From NCBI GenBank assembly GCA_903938365.1, contig CAJACZ010000063.1, positions 8,712 to 72,711 of the forward strand: a DNA stretch of 64,000 bases. The letters run 5' to 3'. Shown here piece by piece: positions 33,539 to 43,275 of this stretch (the first letter of the stretch is position 1; each line of letters opens with the position of its first letter). A program made the translations under genes and the position numbers. The stretch is from an uncultured Pseudomonadota bacterium (GTDB lineage Bacteria > Pseudomonadota > Gammaproteobacteria > Steroidobacterales > Steroidobacteraceae). The notes under the pieces are model-generated. The model ran no database searches. It saw nothing but the letters and a program-made list of their open reading frames with translations, and had not been told where the DNA came from.

Positions 33539-33708
33539 TCGATGCGATTTGCAGGCGAGGAACGAGCTTAGCGCATCGCCCCGGCACGCCGAACGTCCCC
33601 GTGCCGGGCGAGCGCGTCTTTAGGGACTCAGGTCCGGTCTCCGGACTCGACGGGAGTGGTCACAGTTGAGAATAATCAGGGTTCGGACCACACGGAGCGA
33701 TCCTCATC

Positions 33709-35301
33709 ATGCAGCAGGCAGTCCATCTCATGCCCGGCGCCGTCGACGCCGCGATCGGCGAACTCGAGCGCGTCCTGGGCAAGGAATACGTCATCACGGA
33801 ACGCGCCGAGCGCGAGTTCTACTCGCAGGACGTCTATCGCAGCGGCGAGCTCCCTGCGGCGATCATCCGCCCGGGCAGCACCGACGAGCTTTCGCGCGCG
33901 CTGAAGGCCATCGCGCCGGCGGGCCTGCCGATCGTGCCGCGCGGCGGCGGCATGTCCTACACGGACGGTTACCTGCCGAAGCGCGCCAATTCGATCATGG
34001 TCGACATGCTGCGCATGAACCGCGTGGTCACCGTGGATGTCGACGACCAGTACGTGACCGTGGAATGCGGCCGCACCTGGAAGGACCTGTTCGATGAACT
34101 GGCGCCCCGGGGCGTGCGGACGCCTTACTACGGCCCGCTGTCCGGCCTGCGCTCCAGCGTAGGCGGCGCGCTTTCCCAGGGCAGCATCTTCCTCGGGTCC
34201 GGGCGCTACGGCGCCGCCGCAGAGTCCGTGATCGGGCTCGATGTCGTGCTCGTCGACGGCACCGTGCTCCGGCTCGGCAGCCATGCGAACCGGAACGGCG
34301 AACCGTTCTTCCGCCAGTTCGGCCCGGACACCATGGGCATGTTCCTGTCGGACTGCGGTGCGCTCGGCATCAAGACCGTCGCCACCTTCCGGCTGGTCCG
34401 GCCGCTGCCCGAATCGCGCTTCATGTCCTTCTCTTTCACGAGCCACACGGCGCTGTTCGCGGCGCTGGCCGAGGTCGCCCGTGCCGATGTCGTCTCCGAA
34501 TGTTTCGGCTTCGATCCGGGACTGCAGGCCGTGCGCATGAAGCGCAGCAGCCTGGCCGCCGACGTCAAGGCGCTGGGCAGCGTGGTGCAGCACTCCGGGG
34601 GCATCCTCAAGGGCCTGAAGGAGGGCGCGAAGGTCGTGCTCGCGGGTCGCAGCTTCCTCAAGGAAGGCACCTTCTCGGTGCATGTCTCGGTCGACGGGCG
34701 TGACGAGGTCGACGCCGAGGCCAAGGCGGCCATCGTGCGCCGGATCATGGGGGCGGGCGGCACCGAGGTCGAGAACACCGTGCCCAAGGTCATGCGCGCC
34801 AACCCTTATGCCGAACTCAACAGCATGCTGGGGCCGAACGGCGAGCGCTGGGTGCCGGTGCATGGCACCGTGCCTTTCAGCCAGGCGAGCCGCATGTACG
34901 ACGTCTGCGAGGCCGTGTTCGCTCGCCACGCCGAGTCCATGGAGAGATACGACATCGACCGCGGCTACCTGTGCTGCACGGTGGGCAACGCGGGCACGCT
35001 GCTCGAGCCGGTGCTGTACTGGCCCGATGCGCGCTCCGCATTCCACGAGCGCGTGCTGGACGCGGCCTATCTGGCGAAGCTCGAGAAGTACGCGCCCAAC
35101 CCGGATGCGGCGGCGGCGGTGCTGCGGATCCGCGAGGACCTCGCCGTGGCCTTCATGGAACAGGGCGCCGTGAGCTTCCAGCTCGGCAAGTTCTACCGCT
35201 ACCAGGAAGGCCTCGAGCCTTCGGCGCAGTGGATGCTCAAGCAGCTCAAGCAGCTGATGGATCCGCGCGGGCTCATGAACCCGGGCAGCCTGGGGCTTTG
35301 A
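33709..35301 (+). CDS. FAD-linked oxidase (PCMH/GlcD-type FAD-binding domain)
   Basis: 530 aa with FAD-binding block IVPRGGGMSYTDG. Confidence 0.85.
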   Translation: MQQAVHLMPGAVDAAIGELERVLGKEYVITERAEREFYSQDVYRSGELPAAIIRPGSTDELSRALKAIAPAGLPIVPRGGGMSYTDGYLPKRANSIMVDMLRMNRVVTVDVDDQYVTVECGRTWKDLFDELAPRGVRTPYYGPLSGLRSSVGGALSQGSIFLGSGRYGAAAESVIGLDVVLVDGTVLRLGSHANRNGEPFFRQFGPDTMGMFLSDCGALGIKTVATFRLVRPLPESRFMSFSFTSHTALFAALAEVARADVVSECFGFDPGLQAVRMKRSSLAADVKALGSVVQHSGGILKGLKEGAKVVLAGRSFLKEGTFSVHVSVDGRDEVDAEAKAAIVRRIMGAGGTEVENTVPKVMRANPYAELNSMLGPNGERWVPVHGTVPFSQASRMYDVCEAVFARHAESMERYDIDRGYLCCTVGNAGTLLEPVLYWPDARSAFHERVLDAAYLAKLEKYAPNPDAAAAVLRIREDLAVAFMEQGAVSFQLGKFYRYQEGLEPSAQWMLKQLKQLMDPRGLMNPGSLGL

Positions 35302-35792
35302 GCGCCACGGGCCCGCTCAAGCGCGTCACGGTCTGGGTGCGCAGCGCGGAGGCCTCCCTCGCGCTCTACCGCGATGCGCTGGGCCTCGCCGTGCTCGAGG
35401 ACAAGACCGTCTCCGGCCCGGCGATCGCGCGCATGGTGGGGCTCGAGCAGGCGACCCTGCGCATCGTGCACCTGGCGCCCGAGGGGGCAACGCAGGGCTG
35501 GGTCGGGCTGTACGAGATCAGCGGCACCGCGCCCGGCGCGCCGCCGACGCTGCCCCGTGCGGCGGGGTTCCCGGCCTACGGCCAGGCGACGCTGGTGTTC
35601 GAGACCGGCCAGATGGCCGAGGTGCTGTCGCGGGTCCGGGCGACTCCGGGAGTGGAATTCATCACCGCGCCGTCCGAGTACGTGAAGCCCACGGGGACTC
35701 CGGCGGCTCCGGCCGGTCGATACTCAGAGGTCATTTTCTTTGACCCGGACGGCATCCCCGTCAGCCTGATGGGCTACGCGCCGCTGGACTGA
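35298..35792 (+). CDS. VOC (glyoxalase-fold) protein
   Basis: Candidate TTG 35298 overlaps the upstream stop (TTGA). VOC pattern VWVRSAEASLALYRDALGL. The start is uncertain. Confidence 0.62.
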   Translation: MSATGPLKRVTVWVRSAEASLALYRDALGLAVLEDKTVSGPAIARMVGLEQATLRIVHLAPEGATQGWVGLYEISGTAPGAPPTLPRAAGFPAYGQATLVFETGQMAEVLSRVRATPGVEFITAPSEYVKPTGTPAAPAGRYSEVIFFDPDGIPVSLMGYAPLD

Positions 35793-36661
35793 GCGTCGCA
35801 GGTCATCGGCAGGGCAGGGTCGGCGGCCCATTCGTTGAGCGACCCGTCGTAGACCTGCGCCGCCGGATGCCCGAGCAGCAGCAGCGCGAAGGCGTCGGTC
35901 GTCGCCGAGATCCCGCCACCGCAGTACGAAATGACCGGGCGGCCGTCCAGCAGGCCGCGCGCCGCCAGGCTCTCGCGCAGCGCGGCATCGGGCCGGAAGG
36001 CCTGCGTCACGGGTTCGAGCAGTTCCAGGGCCGGCAGGTTGACGCTGTTGAGGATGCGGCCGGGTCGGGCCGCCGTGCGTACGCGGCCACTGAACAGATC
36101 GGGGGAGAGAGCGTGCACCAGATGCGCGCTGCCGGTCTGCACGGCCGCGAGAACCTCGTCGCGCCCGACGAACACCGGGCGCCGCACGCCGGGCGAGAAC
36201 GGCGCGGGGCCGTGGGCGAAGGGCGCCGTGTCGAGCGGGCGCCCCTCGGCGCGCCACTTGTCGAGCCCGCCATCGAGCACGCGCGCCGCGTCGAAGCCGA
36301 ATTCCCGCAGCATCAGGAACGCGCGGGTCGCCCACCAGGTCGGCCCCGAGTTGTAGAGGACGACGCGCGTGCCCGGAGCGACGCCGAGCGCGGACATCGC
36401 CGCGCTGAAACGCGCTTCGCCCGGCATCATGAAGCGCAGGGCGTGGTCCGGGTCCGACAGCGCATCCAGCAGGTCCATGAAGCCCGCTCCGGGGATGTGC
36501 CCGGCGTCGTACTGCGCGCGACCGCTCTCCACCAGCAGGCCGCCGCCCGGCCGCGGACCCAGGTGTACGGTGGTGTCGAAAACCCGCAGGTCCGGGGCTC
36601 CGAGCGAGGTCTCCAGCTCCGCGGTGCCGATCAGCAGGGAGTCCCGGAGTGATGTGTTCAT
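35774..36661 (-). CDS. two-domain rhodanese sulfurtransferase (SseA/thiosulfate-mercaptopyruvate type)
   Basis: The real start is ATG at 36661 (MNTSLRD..). Active-site loop YCGGGISAT. The ORF-track N-terminal extension was rejected. Confidence 0.83.
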   Translation of the reverse strand: MNTSLRDSLLIGTAELETSLGAPDLRVFDTTVHLGPRPGGGLLVESGRAQYDAGHIPGAGFMDLLDALSDPDHALRFMMPGEARFSAAMSALGVAPGTRVVLYNSGPTWWATRAFLMLREFGFDAARVLDGGLDKWRAEGRPLDTAPFAHGPAPFSPGVRRPVFVGRDEVLAAVQTGSAHLVHALSPDLFSGRVRTAARPGRILNSVNLPALELLEPVTQAFRPDAALRESLAARGLLDGRPVISYCGGGISATTDAFALLLLGHPAAQVYDGSLNEWAADPALPMTCDAQSSGA

Positions 36662-36745
36662 GTTCCTGCCTTGCGGGAGTGGTCCCGAGTTCCTAGACTG
36701 CTGCGCAGTCACAACCCACGGACCACGCCCGGGAAGGATCCTGCC

Positions 36746-37051
36746 ATGTCCAAGATCATTGTGCTGTTCAACCTCAAGCCCGGTGTCGACGTCGCGGACT
36801 ACGAGAAGTTTGCGCGCGAAACCGACCTCCCGATCGTCAACGCACTGCCCTCGGTGCGCCGTTTCGAGGTGCTGAAGGCGCAGGGTCTCCTGAGTGGTGG
36901 AGCCGCCCCCTACCAGTACATCGAAGTGATCGACCTCGAGAGCCTCGAGCAACTGGGCCGGGACACCGCGACCGAGACGATGCAGAAGGTCGCGGCGACC
37001 TTCCGCTCCATGGCCGACGAACCGCAGTTCATCCTCACCGAAAGCCTGTGA
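36746..37051 (+). CDS. EthD/REDY-like small alpha+beta barrel protein
   Basis: 101 aa starting at ATG 36746 (MSKIIVLFNLKPGVDVADYEKF...). The family call is by resemblance only. Confidence 0.55.
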   Translation: MSKIIVLFNLKPGVDVADYEKFARETDLPIVNALPSVRRFEVLKAQGLLSGGAAPYQYIEVIDLESLEQLGRDTATETMQKVAATFRSMADEPQFILTESL

Positions 37052-38313
37052 GCGGCCCGGGAGCCGGGCTCGCCGGCGGGCCGCGCGGGTTCTATGGCTG
37101 GTGGGCGATCGTGCCCGCCGTGTTCCTGATCCTGCTCGCCACCAACGGGCTGACGGTCGGCGGCATCGCGGCCTTCGATCCCACGCTGATCAGCGAACTG
37201 GGCGTTTCCCGTGCCGACGTGAAGCTGGGGGATGCCATCCAGCTCGGCGTCACGGCGATCCTGACCCTGCTCACCGGCTGGCTGGCCGATCGCTTCGGCG
37301 TGCGGATCGTCATGGCGGGGGGCCTCGCCGCGCTGGCCTGGGGTTTCTTCAGTCTCGGCGACGTGCGCAGCCTCTCTGATCTGTACTGGACGCGGTTCTG
37401 GATGGGTATCGGCCTCTCGGGCGCAGGTCTGGCGATCTGCGTGGTGGCCGTGTCGCGCTGGTTCGTGACCCGGCGCGGGCTCGCGCTCGGCATCGTGCTG
37501 GCGGGCACCAGCCTGGGCAACGCGCTGTTCCCGTGGATCTTCACCCGCATCATCCAGGTCGAGGGCTGGCGCGAGGCCACGGACTATGCAGGCTGGGCAC
37601 TGCTGGCGATGCTGTTTCTGGTGGCGTTCGTGCTGCGCGAGTGGCCGGACCGGCTGGGGCTGAAACCCTATGGCGCGGAGGCACTGGCTGCTGCGGGCGC
37701 GCCGGATCCTTCCGGCGTGGAACTCAGCTACGCCCAGATCCTGGGGCGCAAGGAATTCTGGCTGATGGGCATCGCTGCCTTCGGCACGTTCTATACGATC
37801 CTCGGCGTCAACAACAACATGATCCTGCACATGCAGAACCTCGGCGTGCGGCCCGAGATCGGTGCACTGATCGCGCTGCCGCTGTTTCTGGCGGGGCTGG
37901 TGGGCAAGCTCGCGTCGGGCTGGCTCACTGACCTCTACGGACGCAAGCCCGTGTGGATGATCAGCCTCTCGCTGATGCTGGCCGCGGCGCTGATGCTCGC
38001 GGCCATGAACGCGAGCCTCGTGCCGGTCGCCGCGGTGATGATGGGGCTGGGCTGGGGCGCGAACTACACCCTGCTGCAGGCCGTCGCGGGCGACGTCTTC
38101 GGCGCACGCTCCCTGGGCAAGGTCATGGGCGCCGTCACGGTGCTCGATGCCAGCGGCGGCGCGCTCGGTCCCTATGTCACCGCGCGCTTCGCGGACGCCT
38201 CCGGAAACTACCAGTCGTCCTTCATGGTCGTCGCGCTGCTGGTCGCCGTCGCGCTGCTCAGCGCGCGCGCCCTGAACGTTCCGACCCCCGACATGCAGGT
38301 CAAGCAACCATGA
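37048..38313 (+). CDS. MFS transporter
   Basis: GTG 37048 overlaps the upstream stop. 421 aa with a 12-TM pattern and motif GWLADRFGVR. Confidence 0.85.
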   Translation: MSGPGAGLAGGPRGFYGWWAIVPAVFLILLATNGLTVGGIAAFDPTLISELGVSRADVKLGDAIQLGVTAILTLLTGWLADRFGVRIVMAGGLAALAWGFFSLGDVRSLSDLYWTRFWMGIGLSGAGLAICVVAVSRWFVTRRGLALGIVLAGTSLGNALFPWIFTRIIQVEGWREATDYAGWALLAMLFLVAFVLREWPDRLGLKPYGAEALAAAGAPDPSGVELSYAQILGRKEFWLMGIAAFGTFYTILGVNNNMILHMQNLGVRPEIGALIALPLFLAGLVGKLASGWLTDLYGRKPVWMISLSLMLAAALMLAAMNASLVPVAAVMMGLGWGANYTLLQAVAGDVFGARSLGKVMGAVTVLDASGGALGPYVTARFADASGNYQSSFMVVALLVAVALLSARALNVPTPDMQVKQP

Positions 38314-39233
38314 TGCGCTACGCGCTGCGCCGGATCTTCGGCGTGTTCCCGACGCTGCTGATCATCATCACGATTTCCTTCTTCGTGATCCGCCTCGCGC
38401 CGGGCGGGCCCTTCGACGAGGAGCAGGCGCTGCCGCCGGAAATCAAGGCCAACCTCGAGGCGTCCTACGGCCTCGACAAGCCGCTCCCGGAACAGTACGT
38501 CCGTTATCTCTCCGGCCTGGTCCGCGGGGACTTCGGTCCCTCGTTCAAGTTCAAGGATTTCAGCGTCACCGAACTGATCGCACAGGGCCTGCCCATCAGC
38601 CTGCTGCTGGGCCTGTCGGCGGTGCTGCTGGCCCTGCTCGTCGGGATCCCGCTCGGGACGCTCGCCGCGCTGCGCCAGAACACGCCGACCGACTACGGCA
38701 TCATGAGCGTGGCGGTGTTGGGCATCGCGCTGCCGAGCTTCGTCACCGGCCCGCTGTTCGCCCTGGTGTTCGGGCTGTACCTGCGCTGGCTGCCGGTGGC
38801 AGGCTGGGAGACGGGGCAGCTGCGCTACCTGGTGCTGCCGGTGGTGACCCTCGCGCTGCCGGTGATCGCCTATATCGCGCGCCTCACCCGTGGCAGCCTG
38901 CTCGAAGTCCTGCGCACCAACTTCGTGCGCACCGCGCGAGCCAAGGGCCTGCCCGAGTCGCAGGTGATCCTGCGGCATGCGCTGCGTCCGGCGCTGCTGC
39001 CCGTGGTCAGTTACCTCGGGCCGGCCACGGCCTTCGTCATCACCGGTTCGCTGGTGGTCGAGACTGTGTTCGGCCTCCCCGGCAGCGGTCGCTACCTGGT
39101 GCAGGGTGCGATCAACCGCGACTACACGCTGGTGATGGGCATGATCGTGGTCTACGGATCGCTGACGTTGACTCTGAACCTGGTCGCCGACCTTCTCTAC
39201 GGCTGGCTCGATCCGCGGGTGCGTTATGACTGA
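38310..39233 (+). CDS. ABC transporter permease (peptide/nickel family, DppB/OppB-like)
   Basis: ATG 38310 overlaps the MFS stop (ATGA). N-terminus MMRYALRRIFGVFPTLLIIITISFFVIRLAPGGP. EAA-type loop VRTARAKGL. Confidence 0.9.
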   Translation: MMRYALRRIFGVFPTLLIIITISFFVIRLAPGGPFDEEQALPPEIKANLEASYGLDKPLPEQYVRYLSGLVRGDFGPSFKFKDFSVTELIAQGLPISLLLGLSAVLLALLVGIPLGTLAALRQNTPTDYGIMSVAVLGIALPSFVTGPLFALVFGLYLRWLPVAGWETGQLRYLVLPVVTLALPVIAYIARLTRGSLLEVLRTNFVRTARAKGLPESQVILRHALRPALLPVVSYLGPATAFVITGSLVVETVFGLPGSGRYLVQGAINRDYTLVMGMIVVYGSLTLTLNLVADLLYGWLDPRVRYD

Positions 39234-40089
39234 GGTGGCTTCACGCGGTTTCTGGGCCGACGCCTGGCGCAGGCTGCGGCGCAACAAAGCCTCGATGGTG
39301 GCGGCAACGGTGATCGTGCTGATCTCCCTGGTCGCCTTCATCGGGCCTGCGCTGTCGCCGCATGAATTCGATGCGATCGACTGGGACAACATGGCCGTGG
39401 GACTGGGCGGGCCCAACGACCACTGGCTCGGCACCGATCGCCTGGGACGGGATCTCTACGTCAGGACGCTGCACGGCGTGCAGATCTCGCTGCAGATCGG
39501 GTTGCTGGCCACCCTGGTGTCGCTGTGCATCGGCGTCGCTTTCGGTGCCACCGCCGGCTACCTGGGCGGGCGCATCGACAGCATCATGATGCGCTTCGTC
39601 GACGTGCTCTATTCGCTGCCCTACATCTTCATCGTCATCATCCTCTCGACGCTGTTCGAGCGCGGCAACATCTACGTGCTGTTCCTGGCGATCGGGGCGG
39701 TCGGGTGGCTCACGATGGCGCGCATCGTCCGCGGCCAGACGCTGTCGATCAAGCGCAAGGAGTTCATCGAGGCGGCCCTGGCGAGCGGCGTGGGCACGCC
39801 GTCGATCCTCGCCCGGCACATCGTGCCGAACGTGATCGGCCCGGTGATCATCTACGCCACGCTGACCATCCCGCAGATGATCCTCTTCGAGAGTTTCCTG
39901 TCCTTCCTCGGCCTCGGCGTGCAGGAGCCGCAGGCGAGCCTCGGCAGCCTGATCAACGAGGGCGCGCAGGAGATGGAATCCGCGGTCTGGATGCTGCTCG
40001 TGCCGGCGAGTTTCCTCGTGACGCTGCTGACCTGCTTCAACTTCCTCGGTGATGGACTGCGCGATGCACTCGACCCCCGTGACCGCTGA
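39226..40089 (+). CDS. ABC transporter permease (DppC/OppC-like)
   Basis: 8-nt overlap with the upstream gene. Blocks HWLGTDRLGRD and EFIEAALASG. Confidence 0.9.
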   Translation: MTEVASRGFWADAWRRLRRNKASMVAATVIVLISLVAFIGPALSPHEFDAIDWDNMAVGLGGPNDHWLGTDRLGRDLYVRTLHGVQISLQIGLLATLVSLCIGVAFGATAGYLGGRIDSIMMRFVDVLYSLPYIFIVIILSTLFERGNIYVLFLAIGAVGWLTMARIVRGQTLSIKRKEFIEAALASGVGTPSILARHIVPNVIGPVIIYATLTIPQMILFESFLSFLGLGVQEPQASLGSLINEGAQEMESAVWMLLVPASFLVTLLTCFNFLGDGLRDALDPRDR

Positions 40090-41101
40090 TCAACCTGCCG
40101 CCCGGGCGGGCGGGCCCGTGCTCGAGGTCGAGAACCTCGCCGTGCGTTACAGCACGCCCGATGGCGAAGTGCCCGCGGTCAACGATTTCACCCTGTCCGT
40201 TTCGGCGGGCGAGTGCGTCGGCGTCGTGGGCGAGTCAGGCGCCGGCAAGAGCCAGTCCTTCCTTGCGACGATGGGGCTGCTGGCGTCGAATGCCCGCGTC
40301 TCCGGGAGCGCCCGTTTCGAGGGCCAGGAACTGCTCGGGCGGCCGGCCGTCGAGCTGAACCGGGTGCGCGGCTCGCGGATCGCCATGATCTTCCAGGACC
40401 CGATGACTTCGCTGACGCCGCACATGAAGGTCGGCGAACAGATCGCAGAATCGCTGGTGCGGCACATGGGCCTCTCCGGCCAGGCTGCGCGGCAGCGGGC
40501 GCTGGCGCTGCTGAACCGCGTCCATGTCACCGACGCGGAGCGGCGGCTTGTCCAGTACCCGCACGAGCTGTCGGGCGGCATGCGGCAGCGCGTGATGATC
40601 GCAGTGGCCCTGGCCTGCGATCCGGCGATGCTGATTGCCGACGAACCCACGACGGCGCTCGACGTGACGATCCAGGCTCAGATCCTGTCGCTGCTGGCCG
40701 AGCTCAAGCGGGAGCAGGGCATGGCCATGGTGCTGGTGACCCATGACCTGGGCGTGGTGGCCGGCGTGGCGGACCGGGTCGCCGTCATGTACGGCGGCCG
40801 CATCGTGGAGCTCGGGCCGGTGCGCGAGGTCCTGAAGCGTCCAGCCCATCCCTACACGCAGGCGCTGCTGCGCTCGATGCCGCGCATCGACGAGGCGGCC
40901 GACGCGCCGCTGGTGGCGATCCCGGGCCAGCCGCCGAACCCGCGCGCGCTGCCGCCGGGCTGTGCATTCGAGCCGCGCTGCTCGCACGCCGGTCCGGCCT
41001 GCCGGGCATCGCGCCCCGTGCTGCGGCGCATCGGTGAGCGCGAGGTCGCCTGCCATCTCGCAGACGAGGTTCCCCTGACCGCCGGCGAGGTTCCGCGATG
41101 A
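40049..41101 (+). CDS. ABC transporter ATP-binding protein (DppD/OppD-like)
   Basis: Walker A GESGAGKS, signature LSGGMRQR, Walker B LIADEPTTALD. ATG 40064 is an alternative start. Confidence 0.9.
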   Translation: MMDCAMHSTPVTADQPAARAGGPVLEVENLAVRYSTPDGEVPAVNDFTLSVSAGECVGVVGESGAGKSQSFLATMGLLASNARVSGSARFEGQELLGRPAVELNRVRGSRIAMIFQDPMTSLTPHMKVGEQIAESLVRHMGLSGQAARQRALALLNRVHVTDAERRLVQYPHELSGGMRQRVMIAVALACDPAMLIADEPTTALDVTIQAQILSLLAELKREQGMAMVLVTHDLGVVAGVADRVAVMYGGRIVELGPVREVLKRPAHPYTQALLRSMPRIDEAADAPLVAIPGQPPNPRALPPGCAFEPRCSHAGPACRASRPVLRRIGEREVACHLADEVPLTAGEVPR

Positions 41102-42123
41102 GTGACCCGATTCTCGACCTGCGTGGACTGAGCGTGTGGTTCCCCATGGGGGACCGGCTGTTCGGCCCCAAGCCCATGCTGCATGCGGTGGAGGGCGTGG
41201 ACCTCGAGCTCCGGGCGGGCGAGGCGCTGGGCATCGTCGGCGAGTCCGGTTGCGGCAAGTCGACGCTCGCGCGCGCCGTGCTGCAGCTGGTCCGGCCTAC
41301 CGCCGGGCAGGTGGTGTGGATGGGCCGGCCCCTCGAGGGCCTGAGCATGCGCGAGCTGCGGCCCCTGCGGCGCGACCTGCAGATCGTGTTCCAGGACCCG
41401 CTCGCCAGCCTGGATCCCCGCATGACCATCGGTGACATCGTCTCGGAACCGCTGCGCGTCCACGCCCGTCACCTGGACGCCGCAGCGAGGCGGCGCGAGG
41501 TGGCGGAAATCCTGGTCCGCGTGGGTCTGTCGGCGGACATCATCAACCGCTATCCGCACGAGTTCAGCGGTGGCCAGTGCCAGCGCATCGGCATCGCGCG
41601 CGCCATGGTGCTGAGGCCCAAGCTGCTGATCTGCGACGAGCCAGTCAGCGCGCTGGACGTGTCCATCCAAGCCCAGATCGTCAACCTGCTGAAGGAGCTC
41701 AAACGCGAATTCGGCATGTCGATCCTGTTCGTCAGCCACAACCTGGCGGTGGTGCAGCGGCTCTGCGAGCGCGTGCTCGTGCTCTACCTGGGTCGGACCA
41801 TGGAACTCGGGCCGACCGAGGTGCTGTATTCCGATCCGCTGCACCCCTACACGCGCGGGCTGCTGGCGGCGGTGCCGATTCCCGACCCGGACATCCAGCC
41901 GGGCAGGCTGGGCACGGCGCTGGGCGGTGAACTGCCTTCGCCTCTTTCGCCGCCGTCGGGCTGCGTGTTCCGCACCCGGTGTCCGCAGGCCAATGAGGGC
42001 TGTGCGGCCGAGATCCCGCAGTTCAAGCAGGTGGAGGCGGACCGCAAGGTCGCCTGCCTGCGCTGGCACGAACTGCCCCGGCTGCCCGTTCCGGGTGTGG
42101 GGCCGCAGGGCGCAAAACGATGA
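41098..42123 (+). CDS. ABC transporter ATP-binding protein (DppF/OppF-like)
   Basis: ATGA overlap. Walker A GESGCGKST, signature FSGGQCQR, Walker B LICDEPVSALD. Confidence 0.9.
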   Translation: MSDPILDLRGLSVWFPMGDRLFGPKPMLHAVEGVDLELRAGEALGIVGESGCGKSTLARAVLQLVRPTAGQVVWMGRPLEGLSMRELRPLRRDLQIVFQDPLASLDPRMTIGDIVSEPLRVHARHLDAAARRREVAEILVRVGLSADIINRYPHEFSGGQCQRIGIARAMVLRPKLLICDEPVSALDVSIQAQIVNLLKELKREFGMSILFVSHNLAVVQRLCERVLVLYLGRTMELGPTEVLYSDPLHPYTRGLLAAVPIPDPDIQPGRLGTALGGELPSPLSPPSGCVFRTRCPQANEGCAAEIPQFKQVEADRKVACLRWHELPRLPVPGVGPQGAKR

Positions 42124-42953
42124 TGACGAGGCTGACAGGCAAGGTTGCCCTGGTGACGGGCGCGGGCAGACAGAAAGGGCTGGGCGAGGCGATCTGCCGG
42201 CGACTGGCCGCAGAGGGTGCACGGATCGTCGTGACGGACATCGGCACGCCGTCGCCGAACATGCCCGCCGAGCGCATCGGCACCTCGGCGGAACTCGAGC
42301 AGGTCGTTGCGGGCATCCGCGAGGCGGGCGGCGAGGCGATCGGCATGGCGCTGGATGTCCGTGACGAGGCGCAGGTCGAGGCCGCAGTGGCCGGTGCGGT
42401 GGCGCGTTTCGGCCGGCTCGACATCCTCGTGAACAACGCAGGCATCGGCTACCTGATGGAGCCGCTGGTGGACATGGCCAAAGAGCGCTGGCAGGCGGTG
42501 CTCGAAGTGAACCTGATGGGTGCGTTCCTCTGCACCAAGCACGCCGCGCGCCAGATGATCCGCCAGGGCGGGGGCGGGCGCATCATCAACATCGCCAGCG
42601 TCGCCGCCAAGGTCGGCTCCATGCACCTGGCCGGCTATGCGGCGTCCAAGCACGGCATGCTCGGCCTGACCCGCAGCGCCGCCATCGAACTGGGGGCGCA
42701 CGGCATCACCGTCAACGCGATCTGCCCGAACCATGTCACGACCGGACTCGGCAGCGTGCAGAACGAATATCGCTCCCGGCAGCGCGGCCAGAGCGTCGAT
42801 GAGTATCTCGCCGAGATGCGTTCGCGCATCCCGCTCGGCCGGGTGGGCTGGGCGGAGGACACGGCCAAGGCCTGTGCCTTCCTGTGTTCGGACGAGGCCT
42901 GCTACGTGACCGCAGAGGCGATGAACGTCTCAGGCGGGCAGGAAATGCATTGA
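42120..42953 (+). CDS. short-chain dehydrogenase/reductase (SDR)
   Basis: ATGA overlap with the upstream ATPase. Motifs VTGAGRQKGLG, NNAG and YAASK. Confidence 0.9.
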   Translation: MMTRLTGKVALVTGAGRQKGLGEAICRRLAAEGARIVVTDIGTPSPNMPAERIGTSAELEQVVAGIREAGGEAIGMALDVRDEAQVEAAVAGAVARFGRLDILVNNAGIGYLMEPLVDMAKERWQAVLEVNLMGAFLCTKHAARQMIRQGGGGRIINIASVAAKVGSMHLAGYAASKHGMLGLTRSAAIELGAHGITVNAICPNHVTTGLGSVQNEYRSRQRGQSVDEYLAEMRSRIPLGRVGWAEDTAKACAFLCSDEACYVTAEAMNVSGGQEMH

Positions 42954-43249
42954 CGCTGCCGCGGGTTGCCAAGGGCCGCCGCGCGCGCTTCCACGACGAC
43001 GCGGCGGTGGACCAGCTGTTCGGCATCGTCACGGCGCTGACCGCGGAACTGTCGGTGGCGTTCGAGCGGATCGAGACTCTGGAGCGCGTACTGGCCCGTC
43101 GCGGCAGCCTCGAGCGTGCCGAGGTCGAGGACTACGTGATTGATGAGGTCGAGGCCGGCGACCGGGCGGCGCAGCGCGAGGCCCTGATCGCCCGCGTGTT
43201 CCAGGTGCTGGAGGCTTATGGTGCCCCGCCTGGGGGCCGGGCGGATTGA
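42950..43249 (+). CDS. hypothetical helical protein (~99 aa)
   Basis: Candidate TTG 42950 overlaps the SDR stop (TTGA). The ORF-track start 42884 lies inside the SDR gene. No motif was recognised. Confidence 0.45.
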   Translation: MTLPRVAKGRRARFHDDAAVDQLFGIVTALTAELSVAFERIETLERVLARRGSLERAEVEDYVIDEVEAGDRAAQREALIARVFQVLEAYGAPPGGRAD

Positions 43250-43275
43250 CATCATTCATTCATGACGATTAGATT
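43246..43275 (+). promoter_or_regulatory. sigma70-like promoter TTGACA-N18-TAGATT for the second TonB-dependent receptor
   Basis: Perfect -35 TTGACA at 43246-43251 and 4/6 -10 TAGATT at 43270-43275, in an AT-richer tract about 75 nt upstream of ATG 43348. Confidence 0.35.
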
